Of a stretch of DNA of 64,000 bases, positions 26,543 through 38,800 are shown piece by piece. The notes beneath the pieces were generated by a model, which searched no databases, was not told the origin of the DNA, and saw nothing but the letters and a program-made list of their open reading frames with translations. Both the position numbers and the translations under genes were made by a program. Positions within the stretch are counted from its first letter, which is position 1. Every line of letters starts with the position of its first letter. Source of the DNA: Camelus dromedarius (taxonomy: Eukaryota); the NCBI RefSeq assembly GCF_036321535.1, contig NC_087437.1, forward strand, positions 13,518,001 through 13,582,000, read 5' to 3'.

Positions 26543-26968
26543 AAAAATTGAAGTATAGTCAGTTATAATGGGTCAATTTCTGGTATACAGCATAATGTCC
26601 TAGTCACTCATATGCATACATTTATTCATTTTCATATTCTTTTACATTAAAGGTTATTATAAGATATTGAATATAGTTCTCTGTGCTATACAGAAGAAAT
26701 TTGTTTTTTAATCTTCTTTTATATATAGTAGCTAATATTTGCGAATCTCGAACTCCCAAATTTATCCCTTCCCACTCCCTTTCCTTTGGTAACCATAAGA
26801 TTGTTTATTATGTCTGCGAGTCTGTTTCTGTTTTGTAACTAAGTTCATTGGTGTCTTTTCTTTTGTTAGATTCCACATATGAGTGATATCATACAGTATT
26901 CTTTTTTTATTTCTGGCTAACTTCATTTAGAATGACATTCTCCATGTTGCTGCAAATAGCATTATTTA
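26543..26968 (-). mobile_element. L1 3' end (younger family), non-inverted part of a composite insertion
   Basis: Antisense ATTGAAGTATAGTCAGTTA..., TAGATTCCACATATGAGTGATATCATA and CCATGTTGCTGCAAAT; homologous to 59012-59450. Confidence 0.9.
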
Positions 26969-26969
26969 T

Positions 26970-27243
26970 ACTAAAAGAACCCAAAGAGACCTACACCAAG
27001 ACATATTATAACTAAGATAACCAAAGTTAAAGATAAAGAAATTATTCTAAAAGCAGCCAGAGAAAAACAAAGAGTTAATTACAAGGGAAACCCCATAAGA
27101 CTTTCAGCTGATTTCTCAACACAAACATTGCAGGCCAGAAGGGAGGGGCAAGATATATTCAAAGTCCTGAATGAGAAAAAGCTGCAACCTAGGATACTCT
27201 ATCCAGCAAGACTATTCTACAGAATAGGAGAGATAAAGAATAG
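26970..27243 (+). mobile_element. L1 ORF1 C-terminal fragment, inverted part of the composite insertion
   Basis: Open frame NPKRPTPRHIITKITKVKDKEIILKAAREKQRVNYKGNPIRLSADFSTQTLQARREGQDIFKVLNEKKLQPRILYPARL, a typical ORF1p RRM/CTD segment. Confidence 0.93.
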
Positions 27244-28885
27244 CCAAACAGATTTTTTATTCTTTAATCTCAGGGTTTGTTTCTATGGCACTCAAACAAA
27301 GGTATTATGAAAACATTGCTCATCTACTCTGCGATTGTCTGGAGATTTAATTTTCTCAAATGGGATGAATCAGCTCTACTTGACTTCAGTTGTAAAACTG
27401 ACACTTTTAGTGGTTGAGCCAAAAAAAACGTAGCCAATGAGACTGTATTGCAAAACTATATTGTCTATAACAGAGCAGATTTTATACAACTTCAGTCTGC
27501 CATACATAGATAGCCCCTTCATTATGTCTCTCCAAAGGTCATTATCTACAGGTCTTTACTGGGGGGCCCATTATTTTCTAGAGAAGGAGCCTATCATCTC
27601 CTTCTTGGGGAACTTTAAGCCCTGATACTGGCATTCTGAGGACAGGGAAGAAGGGTTGCTGAAGAGTCTCATAATTTAAGAGAGTCTTCCTGTTTTGATT
27701 TTGGTTTTTCACCTTTAACTTTACCCATGTTGTATGTCTCAGAGGCTCAAGACTCTCAAGACAATAAACCTCTACCTTTTCTCCAGGGTTAAGAGAAACA
27801 CTTCTAGCAAGTGAGAATGGTAAACATCTTATTATACATTAATTTAACTAATATCCCTCTTCTCAGCCCCATGCTTTCACCCATGTTTCATTGATTCTCC
27901 AATTCCAGGGACTTTCCAAGGAGGAGTATGGGACATTGATTTCCCCTTAGTATCCATCCTGTGCACTCTTAAGTTTCAGCTTTCTCTGCTGTGTTAGTCA
28001 TCACGCTTCCAACTGAGGCCATGCTTCCCCTCCTGTTGTTCTGTCCAGTTCTCTTTGTCCTCATAGCTTTATTCTTTTATTGCTTTTTCCTTTTACGTAA
28101 TTTTAGTGAGATTTCAATACGGAACAGAGAGAAACACTTAGATTAAAACCACCAAGCTCCACAGAAGATAGAAATGTTTTCTTGTTTCTTTTTGCTTTTG
28201 TTTTTTGGTTTTGGGTTTTTGGGTTTCTTTGCAAAGAAATGTTGGCAAAGGTTATCAAGACAATCATGAGTCCCACAGTCTTTCCAGTTTTGCAAAGTGC
28301 ATGATCTGAGGATGTGTTGTGAGTGCTAGGTGGCTTCTTTATACAGAAGTTTCATTTTTATAACAGGGGAGAATCAAGACCTGAAAGAAAGAGTCTGATT
28401 TCTCTGCTGCTGCAAAATCATGTTCAAGACATAAAAGCCCTTTACATTTCTGTGAAAGCTGTGCTGTTTTTGAAGCTGTAAATAAAGTTTTATTTAATCT
28501 GCGTGAACCTAGCTTAGTTGGTGTCAAAATGGTATTTTTTTCATCTTAAGGGAAAAATAAAAACATTAAGAGTTTGAATGTTTACTCACACCATGGCTTT
28601 CAGAAACCATCACACAGTCAGTGGACTAGATCAACTATATCAACTATACTATTTTGAAAATCAAATACTTAAGAAATACTAAAGGCCAAGAAAAGGAACC
28701 AAAAGAGAGATTTATAAAAATTGATCTAAGTTTATAAAAATTAAGATATATCTAATGAAGCATGAACCTAGAATGTAAAAAAGAAAAAAAGTCATTACCT
28801 TGTAAATAGGGTGACCATATATATCTCTACTCAGTACAGCTTGCAACCAATGGTAACCAAGACCCAGATCAGAAGCAATTTTTTA

Positions 28886-31303
28886 ACATCACATCAACAA
28901 GAGAAAGGACAAAAACCACATGATCATCTCAATAGATGCAGAAAAAAGCATTTGATAAAATTCAGCACCCATTTATGATAAAAACTCTCACCAAAGTGGG
29001 TATAGAGGGAACATATCTCAACATCATAAATGCTATATATGACAAACCTACAGCCAGCATAGAACTCAATGGTGAAAAACTCAAATGCTTTCCACTAAAA
29101 TCTGGGACAAGACAAGGATGCCCACTATCACCACTCCTATTCAACAGTCTTGGAAGTCCTAGCCACAGCAACCAGGCAAGAGAGAGAAATAAAAGGGATC
29201 CAAATTGGAAAAGAAGAGGTAAAAGTGTCACTATATGCCGATGACATGTTACTATATATAGAAAACCCTAAAAGGTCCACACAAAAACTACTAGAGCTGA
29301 TCGAAAAATTCAGCAAGGTAGTAGGTTACAAGATTAATATTCAAAAATCAGTTGCATTTCTTTACACTAATGATGAATCAACAGAAAAAGAAAGAAACAA
29401 TCCCCTTTAAAATAGTACCCAAAGTAATAAAATACCTAGGAATAAATCTAACCAAGGAGGTGAAAGAATTATACACAGAAAACTATAAAACATTGATGAA
29501 GGAAATTAAAGAAGACTTTAAAAAATGGAAAGATATCCCGTGCTCTTGGATTGGAAGAATCAATATTGTTAAAATGGTCACATTACCCAAGGCAATCTAC
29601 AGATTTAATGCAATCCCTATCAAATTACCCAGGACATATTTCACAGAACTAGAACAAATTATAATAAAATTTATATGGAACCACAAAAGACCTAGAATTG
29701 CCAAAGCATTACTGAAGAAAAAGAAAGAGGTTAGAGGAATAACTCTCTCAGACTTCAGACAATACTACAGAGCTACAGTCATCAACATAGCATGGTATTG
29801 GTACAAAAATAGACATATGTACTAATGAAACAAAATAGAGAGCCCAGAAATGAACCCACAAATTTTTGGTCAACTAATCTTCAACAAAGGAGGCAACAAT
29901 ATACAATGGAATAAAGACAGTCTCTTCAGCAAATGGTGTTGGGAAAACTGGACAGCAGCATGTAAATCAATGAAGCTAGAACACTCCCTTACACCATATA
30001 CAAAAATCAACTCAAAATGGATCAAAGACTTAAACATAAGACAAGATACAATAAACCTCCTATAAGAAAATATAAGCAAAACATTATCTGACATATATCT
30101 CAAAAATGTTCTCCTAGGGCAGTCTACCCAAGCAATAGAAATAAAAACAAGAATAAACAAATGGGACCTAGTGAAACTTACAAGCTTCTGCACAGCAAAG
30201 GAAATCGTAAGTAAAACAAAAAGACAACCTACAGAATGAGAAAAAATTTTTGCAAACAATGAAACGAACAAAGGCTTGATCTCCAGAATATATAAGCAGC
30301 TCATACGATTTAATAAGGAAAAAACAAACAACCCAACCCAAAAATGGGCAGAAGACCTAAACAAGCAATTCTCCAAGGAAGAAATGCAAATGATCAATAC
30401 GCACATGAAAAAATGCTCAATATCACTAATGATCAGAGAAATGCAAATCAAAACCACAATGAAGTATCACCTCACACCAGTCAGAATGGCCATCATTCAA
30501 AAGTCCATGAATGACAAATGCTGGAGAGGTTGTGGAGAAAAGGGAACCCTCCTACACTGCTGGTGGGAATGCAGTTTGGTGCAGACACTATGGAAAATAG
30601 TATGGAGATTCCTCAAAAGACTGGGAATAGATTTTCCATATGACCCAGGAATCCCACCCCTGGGCATATATCCAGAAGGAGCCCTACTTCAAAATGACAC
30701 CTGCACCCCAATGTTCATAGCAGCACTATTTACAATAGCCAAGACATGGAAACAGCCTAAATGTCCATCAACAGATGACTGGATAAAGAAGTGGTGGTAT
30801 ATTTATACAATGGAATACTATTCAGCCATAAAAACCGACAACTTAATGCCATTTGCAGCAACATGGATGATCCTGGAGAATGTCATTCTAAGTGAAATAA
30901 GCCAGAAAGAGAAAGAAAAATACCATATGGGTTTGCTCGTATACAGAATCTAAAACAAACAAACAAGCAAACAAACAAACAAACAAAGCATAAATACAAA
31001 ACAGAAATAGACTCTTAGGCATAGAATACAAATTTGTGGTTGCCAAGGGGGTGGGGGGTGGGAAGGGACAGACTGGGATTTCAATATTTGTAGATACTGA
31101 CAGGCATATGCAGAATAGATAAAGAAGATTATATTGTATAGCACAGGGAAATATATACAAGATCTTGTGGTAGCTCACAGCAAAAAAAAAAAAGTGACAA
31201 TGAATATATGTATGTTCATGTATAACTGAAAAATTGTACTCTACACTGGAATTTGACACAACATTATAAAATCACTATAATGCAATAAAAAATGTTAAAA
31301 AAA
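28886..31303 (+). mobile_element. 5'-truncated younger LINE-1 (ORF2 RT to Cys-rich domain, 3' UTR, A tail), disabled
   Basis: Perfect 15 bp TSD AGAAGCAATTTTTTA at 28871-28885 and 31304-31318. Motifs [28 protein letters not shown] (29234-29245), [18 protein letters not shown]. Frameshifts near 29146 and 29390; stops near 29823, 30063 and 30237. Confidence 0.98.
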
Positions 31304-32338
31304 AGAAGCAATTTTTTATCTGAAGTGCTTCCTTGCCACTGAAATCAAAAGTCTACCATGAACCAAGAATCTCAATAAAATAACGTGACTTCATTTTAAT
31401 CAATCAAAGGAGGAATTTGCAAGTTTTAAATTTGATTCAGATCTGGCAATATCAAAAGATTAAAGAAACTATTTCACCTGAGAGAAACATGATGAATTTG
31501 TTAGAAGTATAAATATCAATATATAGTTTATCTGGAAATTTCAGTTGCGCTTTATAAGGATTGCCTGGATCACCAAACAGAGAAACTATTTCTTCACAAG
31601 TGCTGCAACTAAGATGACAAATTATTAACTGCTGGGGGGTTCAGCTGGTCTTCAGTCTTTCACTGTGGCATGGATGTCTTATGGACATGTTATGGCTGCA
31701 TTCACAATGTGTTGTATATGCCAGGGAAAGTGGTTCCACCTCAGTGTGCTTATGTTTCTTTTGGTCTCTAATTCCTTTTGGCCTTTAAACAACTTGTAGA
31801 GGATGGCGAAGGAAATAATACAAGGTAACTACTGTATGTATGAAGGCTCCAAAAAGTACATTCTTCATGTTTTATCAATAACAGTTAAAATATGCAAGAA
31901 AATATTAAGATTGCCTTTCTCTAGCTTCCCCTTTCAGTTGCTACTGTTTGAACTGCAAAATTAGAGAAGAAAAAGGAAGACGCTGTATTTTACATTTTAT
32001 GTTAAGAGTCTTAGAATAAGAATAAATACCAATTATTTTACCGTGATATTTCATTAAAAAGCAATGAGGCATTTGATATCAATGAAAAGGAGGGGTTCGT
32101 TCCTAAGAAATATATAAATAGATAGTTGATAGGTAGGTAGATAAAGAAATAGACACACATGTAGGGGTAGAGAGGGAATGCCTCTTAACAGTTTGTGAAT
32201 AACTGCTATTAATAAATCTCAGAATTTAAGCAGAGAATCTGTTTAGAGAAAGTATAAGGAAGGAAAAGCTTCTGTTGTGCCAGATTTGCCTAATTATTTA
32301 AAAATAAACTTCAAGCTCTGCCTAGGATTCAGTAACTT

Positions 32339-32708
32339 TCTTTTTTCTTTTTTTAAGTATTTTTTTCTTTTAAAAAATTTTATTGAAGTATCATTTATGT
32401 ACAAAATTATATGTTACAGGTGTACAATATAATGATTCACAATTTTTTTACATTTTTTATTGATTTATAATCATTTTACAATGTTGTTTCAAATTCCAGT
32501 GGAGAGCACAATTTTTCAGTTACACATGAATATATGTATATTCATTGTCACATTCCTTTCTCTGTGAGCTACCATAAGATCTTGTATATATTTCCCTGTG
32601 CTATACAGTATAACCTTGTTTATCTATTCTAGAATTTTGAAATCCCAGTCTATCTCTTCCAATTTTTAAAGGCTATACTTCATTTATAGTTATTACAAGA
32701 TATTGGCT
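32339..32708 (-). mobile_element. Short L1 3' tip (older type) carrying a nested insertion
   Basis: Perfect 16 bp TSD TAGGATTCAGTAACTT at 32323-32338 and 32709-32724. T-rich tail, then TTTATTGAAGTAT..CAGGTGTACAATATAATGATTCAC. Confidence 0.9.
32448..32659 (-). mobile_element. Younger L1 3' UTR tip nested in the previous element
   Basis: Antisense to about 31060-31300. TSD CAATTTTT at 32440-32447 and 32660-32667. Confidence 0.9.
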
Positions 32709-34467
32709 TAGGATTCAGTAACTTGATATGTTAGAGTTTTTTTAAGAAGTTTAGTGTAAGTGATATATACCCTTGAATTTTTTCATGAGCTTTTCTTTAA
32801 AGAAAGTCAATTAAAGTCGCCAGCGATGGATAAGGACCATCCTATGGTTAAACAAGCAAAAGGAAAGAACATACGCTAAGAGAAGACACTCGCCATCACT
32901 GTGACTGTTAAGGAGATATGCCCACTCTGATAAGGCCATGTGGCAGTATCAGGAGTCATGTAGCAGATGTCTGTGTGCTGTGTAGAGTTTCAAAACATGT
33001 TTTTTCCTAGGAAAGACTTCAAAGTTTATCCAGTAGGTATAAAAATTCCATGCCACAAAGGCTAAACACCTGGTGAAACCCAAGTCAGGGAAGAAAATTA
33101 GCCAGTCAAAGTGAGCAAATGTTGTAGATTCATGACCTTAAATAAATAAATAGTTCTTTTAAGCCACTACATTTTGGAGTGACTTGTTACACAGCAATTC
33201 TAATACAGCAGCTGCTAATTATCTACCTGTAACAATCAATAGGTTTGATATGCAGTAGTGTGAAAAAAGAGCTTGGGATCAGAAACTTATCTTTTAGAAT
33301 TGCTGAAAACATGTCCCAAAATAACCATTGGCTACATCTTCTTCATAAGTCATCCCTAATCACAACACTGAGAAAGCCATTGAAAGTCCATCTTCAGGTC
33401 TAACTCTACTGAGTTTGCTTGACTGTTGAAATCCTCAAATGCACATTCATACACACGTACACATGACTCTAGTATCTTGATGTTTTACAGTTATGGTTCT
33501 CAATCTATTTTTCAAGAGTCTAATAAATAAAAAGAATAAAAATTTAAAATAAGCAACAAAAGATTCAAATTACAGGAACAATGGACATCACTCCACAGAC
33601 CAATAACCAACTCTTGTCATAGAGCTCACAGAGCAGTCGGCCCATTGCAATGATCCTGCATTCTGGATGCCTTGTGTCAAACCTCCTCTTGTGAGAGGTG
33701 GGAAGAGACACCTGCTATCATCACTCTCTTCATCTCAGGCTATTCCCCACCCTGAAGAAGGTTAGTATGTTTAACGAAGAACATTAAGATACCATTTCTC
33801 CTCTAAAAATTCCATTGTGGCTTTAATTTTTGACCAGTTTCTTCTTTTTAAAAAAAATTTTATAGATATGTTTAAATAAAGTTTGCTTGCAGTAGATATC
33901 AACTCAGAAAATTAAAAGTCAGAGTCACAATTTCAAGAAATTTGTAGGGTCTGAAGGATTATTTCCAAAATGAGGTCTCTGCAGCCCGAAGTGTCTAAGG
34001 ACATTCAACTCACCAGTGCAAGTGAAACTAGAATCCATGCCTTATAAAATATATCAGAATTGTTAATAACTTTTTATAGGTGTATCTACATAATAGAAAA
34101 GCAGCCAGTTGAAAACTGGGAAGATTGCTTTTTGTCAACTAGTACCTTTGTCTGCACCTTATAAGTAATATGTCTGTAAGTTACAGTGTTATCTGTGTAG
34201 ATGAGGTACAAGTTGCAGATATTATCTGTGGAGCCTGGTTGTCTCCTCCAGGAAGAAGATGGCAGGGGGATTTATAGCTTCCTGTCTCCCATTCTTGTAC
34301 TAAAAAAATTGTAAGGAACTCTCATGACGTAAACCTACAGCAAAGTTCAAAGATGTCAACAATAACTGATCTATTAACTTAAATTTCATGCAAACTTCTT
34401 TTTTCACTTAGAAATTCTGAGTTATTTTAACTAAAGATCAGAATAGGCAGCATCCACTGGTAATTTA

Positions 34468-34943
34468 CTTTTTGAAGTATAAAGTAACATAACATTGTAT
34501 TAGCATCAATTGTATAACATAATGACCCACTATTTGTATATATTGTGAAATGATCACTACAGTAATTCTGACTGACATTTGTCAGCATACATAGTTACAA
34601 TTTTTTTCTCGTGATGAGAACTTTGAAGATTTACTCTCTTAGCAATTTTCAAATGTGCAAAACAGTATTATTGATTATAGTCACCATGCTGTATGTTACA
34701 TTCCCATGACTTATTTTATAACTATAATTTTTCACCTTTTAAGCCCCTTCACATTGTATTCACTCTCCTACCCTCTGCTTATGGGAATCACCAATTTGTT
34801 CTGTCTATGAGTTTGGGTTTTTTTGTTTTTGTTTTTGTTTTTTTCAGATTCCACACATAAATGAAATCAAACGGTATTTATCTTTCTCTGCCTGACTTAT
34901 TTCACTTAGCACAGTGCTCTCAAGATCTATCCATGTTGTCATG
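34468..34943 (-). mobile_element. L1MA9-like 3' end
   Basis: GTGATGAGAACTTTGAAGATTTACTCTCTTAGCAATTTTCAA, TATAGTCACCATGCTGTA, CTGACTTATTTCACTTAGCA. Confidence 0.8.
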
Positions 34944-35289
34944 CAAAATTTTATGAACATCTACTGTAATGTCAGATAACCCAATTTGGTGTTTCCATTA
35001 AAAATCATAAGATGTTACAGGATATTTTAAAAATCATTTACTTCCTTGCTGATACATGAAGAAACAGAGGCTTAGAGAGGTGAAGTGACTGGATCATTGA
35101 CCAGGATCCAGACCTCTTGCTTCTCCTTCCAGGGCCCATTTGTTATTATGGGAAGAAAAGGGCAACTTTGGGGTAGCTATTCAATTTTTTGTTCTTCTAC
35201 TAAACTATTTTTGATTTAAATGTTTATGAACTAGTCCTTCTGAAGACAAAAACACCAGCAGAAATGCTTACAATTGAAAGAAACAATTG

Positions 35290-35860
35290 ATTCATTTCAT
35301 TCATTCATTGAATGAGTGGTTTGTGCTGTTCCTGGTAGTGGTCCACTACCAGGACCTCCTGCCATTATGGAACTTGCATTTTAGTGGGGAAGGAGGGGGT
35401 GGAGACAGACAGTGTAAAGAAAATAAATGAATAAGACAAGTTCATACAGTGGTCCACCCTAAGAGGAAAACAGAATGAGAAGAGGATGAGTACGTTAGTT
35501 AGAAGAAGGTCCTTCTGAGGCATAAATCCTGGCACTAGAAGCTGAATAACTACAAGGAACCAGGCAGGTGAGGCCCTGGGGGAGCCCACTCTATATTGTG
35601 GAGTCAAAGAGCCTGAGGCTGGAACAAGGCTGGCAAAATAATTTAGGAGGAGAAAGGCCAAAGTGTCTAGAATGTAATGACTGAGGGAGAACATGGAAGA
35701 CGATGAGGTCAGAGGGAGGCAGGAGCCACAGCATGCCCATGACGAGAAGCTCAAATTTCACTCTCAGTGTAAAGGGATCCATTTGAAGTTTTAAAGAGCG
35801 GAAACGTCATTTCTCAATTGATTTTTGCTCTTTTAGATCCTCATAACTGCCTACGTGGAC
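35290..35860 (-). mobile_element. L2 3' fragment
   Basis: (TTCA)n L2 tail at about 35290-35310, ATGGAACTTGCATTTTAGTGGGG and GATGAGGTCAGAG. Confidence 0.7.
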
Positions 35861-38800
35861 AAAGATTACAGAATTTGCCACTACAATTTGGTCTGTGTTT
35901 TATAACATGCAGTGGAGAGTAAAACAACCTAATCAAACAAAACAAAGCAAAATATAACTGGACTTATCTGAACATTGATTTATCCAACCAACTGAAGAAA
36001 GGAAGTCACAGAAAAGGACAGCTGAAACTCAGCACAGTTTAAGAACCCACTTTGAAGATGCTCATTAAAACTCACGGTACACGTTTTATGGTCGAAATCA
36101 CTTTTGCGAAAGTCACAGTACAGAATCTTAATGAGAACGTTAATGTGTTATATTCTAACTATACTTTATTTTCACATTCCCTTCTCTTGACTTTGATCAT
36201 TTATTCTACTTTTTCATGACCTGTCCTTGAGGGAATGGAGATGCTCCACGAGCCATCAGCCTCATTCTCTGGGGACCAAAGCACTCACTTATGGAAGCGC
36301 TCTTAGAGAGAGTATTTTATACATGCCCCCTCATTTATCTTCACTGCCAAATCATAATATATATATATTTTTTTCCATTTTCCCAATAAGAAAGTTGAGA
36401 CTCAGAATGTTTGGCAAACTGCCCTGGGTCACGCAGCCTATAAATGGAAGTGCTGAGATTTTAATCCAGAAGACGTAAAGCTCCGAAGGCCAAAATCATC
36501 TCAGGATATTCCAGAAAGACTTCTTCATGCTGTAAGAGAACCTCAGGTAGGGATCTGCCTTGCCTTTAGTAGGTCTTGTGGGACCTGGAGTATGTATTAA
36601 TTTTCAGTCATTATCCATCGCCTTCCTATCTCTAACAGGAATGTTCTCACATATTTTTTTAAAACCTTGAACGATTACGAATTGGATCCTAATGGTGATC
36701 CAGGAAGTTAAGGTTAGTGTAGCCTTGTAATAGCTTTAAAATTATCTTTTATAAAAAAAAAAAAAAACCCAACTTTTTAAAAGGTTAGATGTCATGGGAT
36801 AGCTTCCCCCACTACTGTTTATTGATGCACATTGTTTTCCTTTTTGTAGTAATTTAATGCTCCCTTGAACTGGCTCCTGTGATTTCAGAAACTGGCCTCC
36901 ACACAGTCATGCATACTAATACAGACTCCCACAGTGAGAAATTCAGTTTCTGCTTGGCTTTATAAGTGAAATTACACTCTGACACCACTCCTTTCTGCTC
37001 TCACTGAAAGGTATTAATGAAACAGGGCACCAGAAATTCATTTGCAAGGTTGTGTTTTTTTATATCCTTTGGTCTGAAAAATGTCTTTTAAGGTCCCTAT
37101 GACAACAGAGGGAGGGAAAAAGAAAACTTGTGTCCTAGAAATCAAACACAGTGTCTTGTCTCCAGATTGAGAGGAAGTCAGCATTTTCAGACAGGTCTCA
37201 AAGTTATACAAGAGAGCTATTCAAACAAAAACCATATAGGTGTTTATATGCTGCCATTGGATCCCATGCCTCAGGCTGTCCTTAAACAAGATGCTCCTAC
37301 TTATCAATAAGTCAGAAACTATTGGAAAGGTGATTGTGCTTCAGAAAGGGAAGTTAACTAGATAACGATGCTTATTGTTCAAGGTATGGTTGCAGAAGCA
37401 AGATGCTTAACATCAAGGCGAAGTTTCTTAGAGTTAACTGACTCCTTATTTTCCCCACTCAGAGAACAAAACTAGTCATGTTTAGGCAGCAGCCTGTTCA
37501 GATGTTCTGATCCAAAGAAAACTCACCCAGGTCCTTTCCAGCATTCTGTCCATATCGTTGCCAATTCACATATGGTAAAGCCTTAATGTAAGTTTGGTGA
37601 ATAAATGGATAAATAAAGAAAAAAATACATAGATACACACATACATAGATACATAGAAAGATAAAAAGAATCTGACTCTGGGGAGACAGGCAGGGCTCCT
37701 TTTGGACTCCTACATAGACTTTTGATAGATTTTTTTCCACAGGGAATAAATCAACTTTCACTCTAAAAACTGATACCATGGCCAGGGGCAGTGTGGTATT
37801 AAAAGCAGGGGTTGTGAGGACTTTTTAATCAGCTTCGCATGTACTGAGACATTTTTCTCTAAGACCTAAAATTTCACACGGTTTTTGTCCAAGTTATGAA
37901 GACGAGAAAGCATCTCAGACAGCAGCTGTCCCTCAGCGGAATTTTAGTTTTCTGAAACCTCTCCTGACATGGGGATGGGTAGGCAACAATCACCAACTCC
38001 CTCCCTTATGCTCCTAAACAAACCAATTCTAGGCTGGAACAGAAAAAGCTACTCAATTTATTAGGTTAATTGTTGCAAGATATACTGGAGAAACAGTGAT
38101 TTTTCCTTCTGTCCCAAGTGCCCAATCTCACTACATGGAGATGGTTATTATTAACCTTGGGCCCTGGGCTGTGTGAGACTTGTGGACATTGACATATTTA
38201 TTGTTTGTGACAACCCAATGAGATCCAGGGCTAGTCACATTGTATACAAATTGGAATCATGCAGAATTTAATTATCTCACTTTCTTCACAAAATTTCAAA
38301 TATAGCAAATGTCTCTTAATTTTTAACAGTACAAAGAATTGTTTAATTTAAATGAAAAGCCTAGAGATTCTTAAATAATATTCATGCTTTGGTTGCATGT
38401 GGATGTGCCACCTTCGCTAGACAATACTAATTGTTAGAGGGAAAGCTTATAGTTATTGAATATGAACTAAGCACTACATGGGTGTCATCCTCTTTATTTT
38501 TCACAAAAAAAAAGTATGTGCTGTGACCATTATTACCCCCATTTTGCAGATAAGGAAAATGTAAATAGCAGTAGAATTTAAGCTCAGGGAGCCTGGCTCC
38601 AGGCTAAATTAATACATGCCTCACTTTTCAATATTAGTCTCGGATTTTGTGCATTTTAAATTAATATAAACTTTATGAAGTTTACTCTCACATAAAATGT
38701 GCTTGCCTTTTAGGTGCTATAACCTCACCTTTAAAATTAAAGTTTCAAACTGATAAAGTAACTTACATAAGGCCTCAAAGCTAATAGAAGCCAAGCTCAT

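Larger units (their letters stand above)
26118..27304 (+). mobile_element. LTR16-like ERVL solo LTR split by an L1 insertion
   Basis: ..TTTATTGGCTGCCTTCC..GAGATTGCCTCCCAAATA breaks at about 26530 and resumes after 27244 as ..TCTCAGGGTTTGTTTCT..CAAACAAAGGTA, matching the LTR16-type 3' end. Confidence 0.7.

Noticed and set aside
29870..30457. 195 aa hydrophobic minus-strand ORF (also 6695-7156, 8008-8220, 28962-29231, 30888-31259, 16043-16393)
   Set aside because: These are antisense shadows of A-rich L1 sequence, which routinely translate as Leu/Phe/Ile-rich pseudo-membrane proteins.
28936..30953. Active reverse transcriptase gene or novel RT system
   Set aside because: It is a 5'-truncated L1 ORF2 with no endonuclease domain or promoter, broken by frameshifts and stops.
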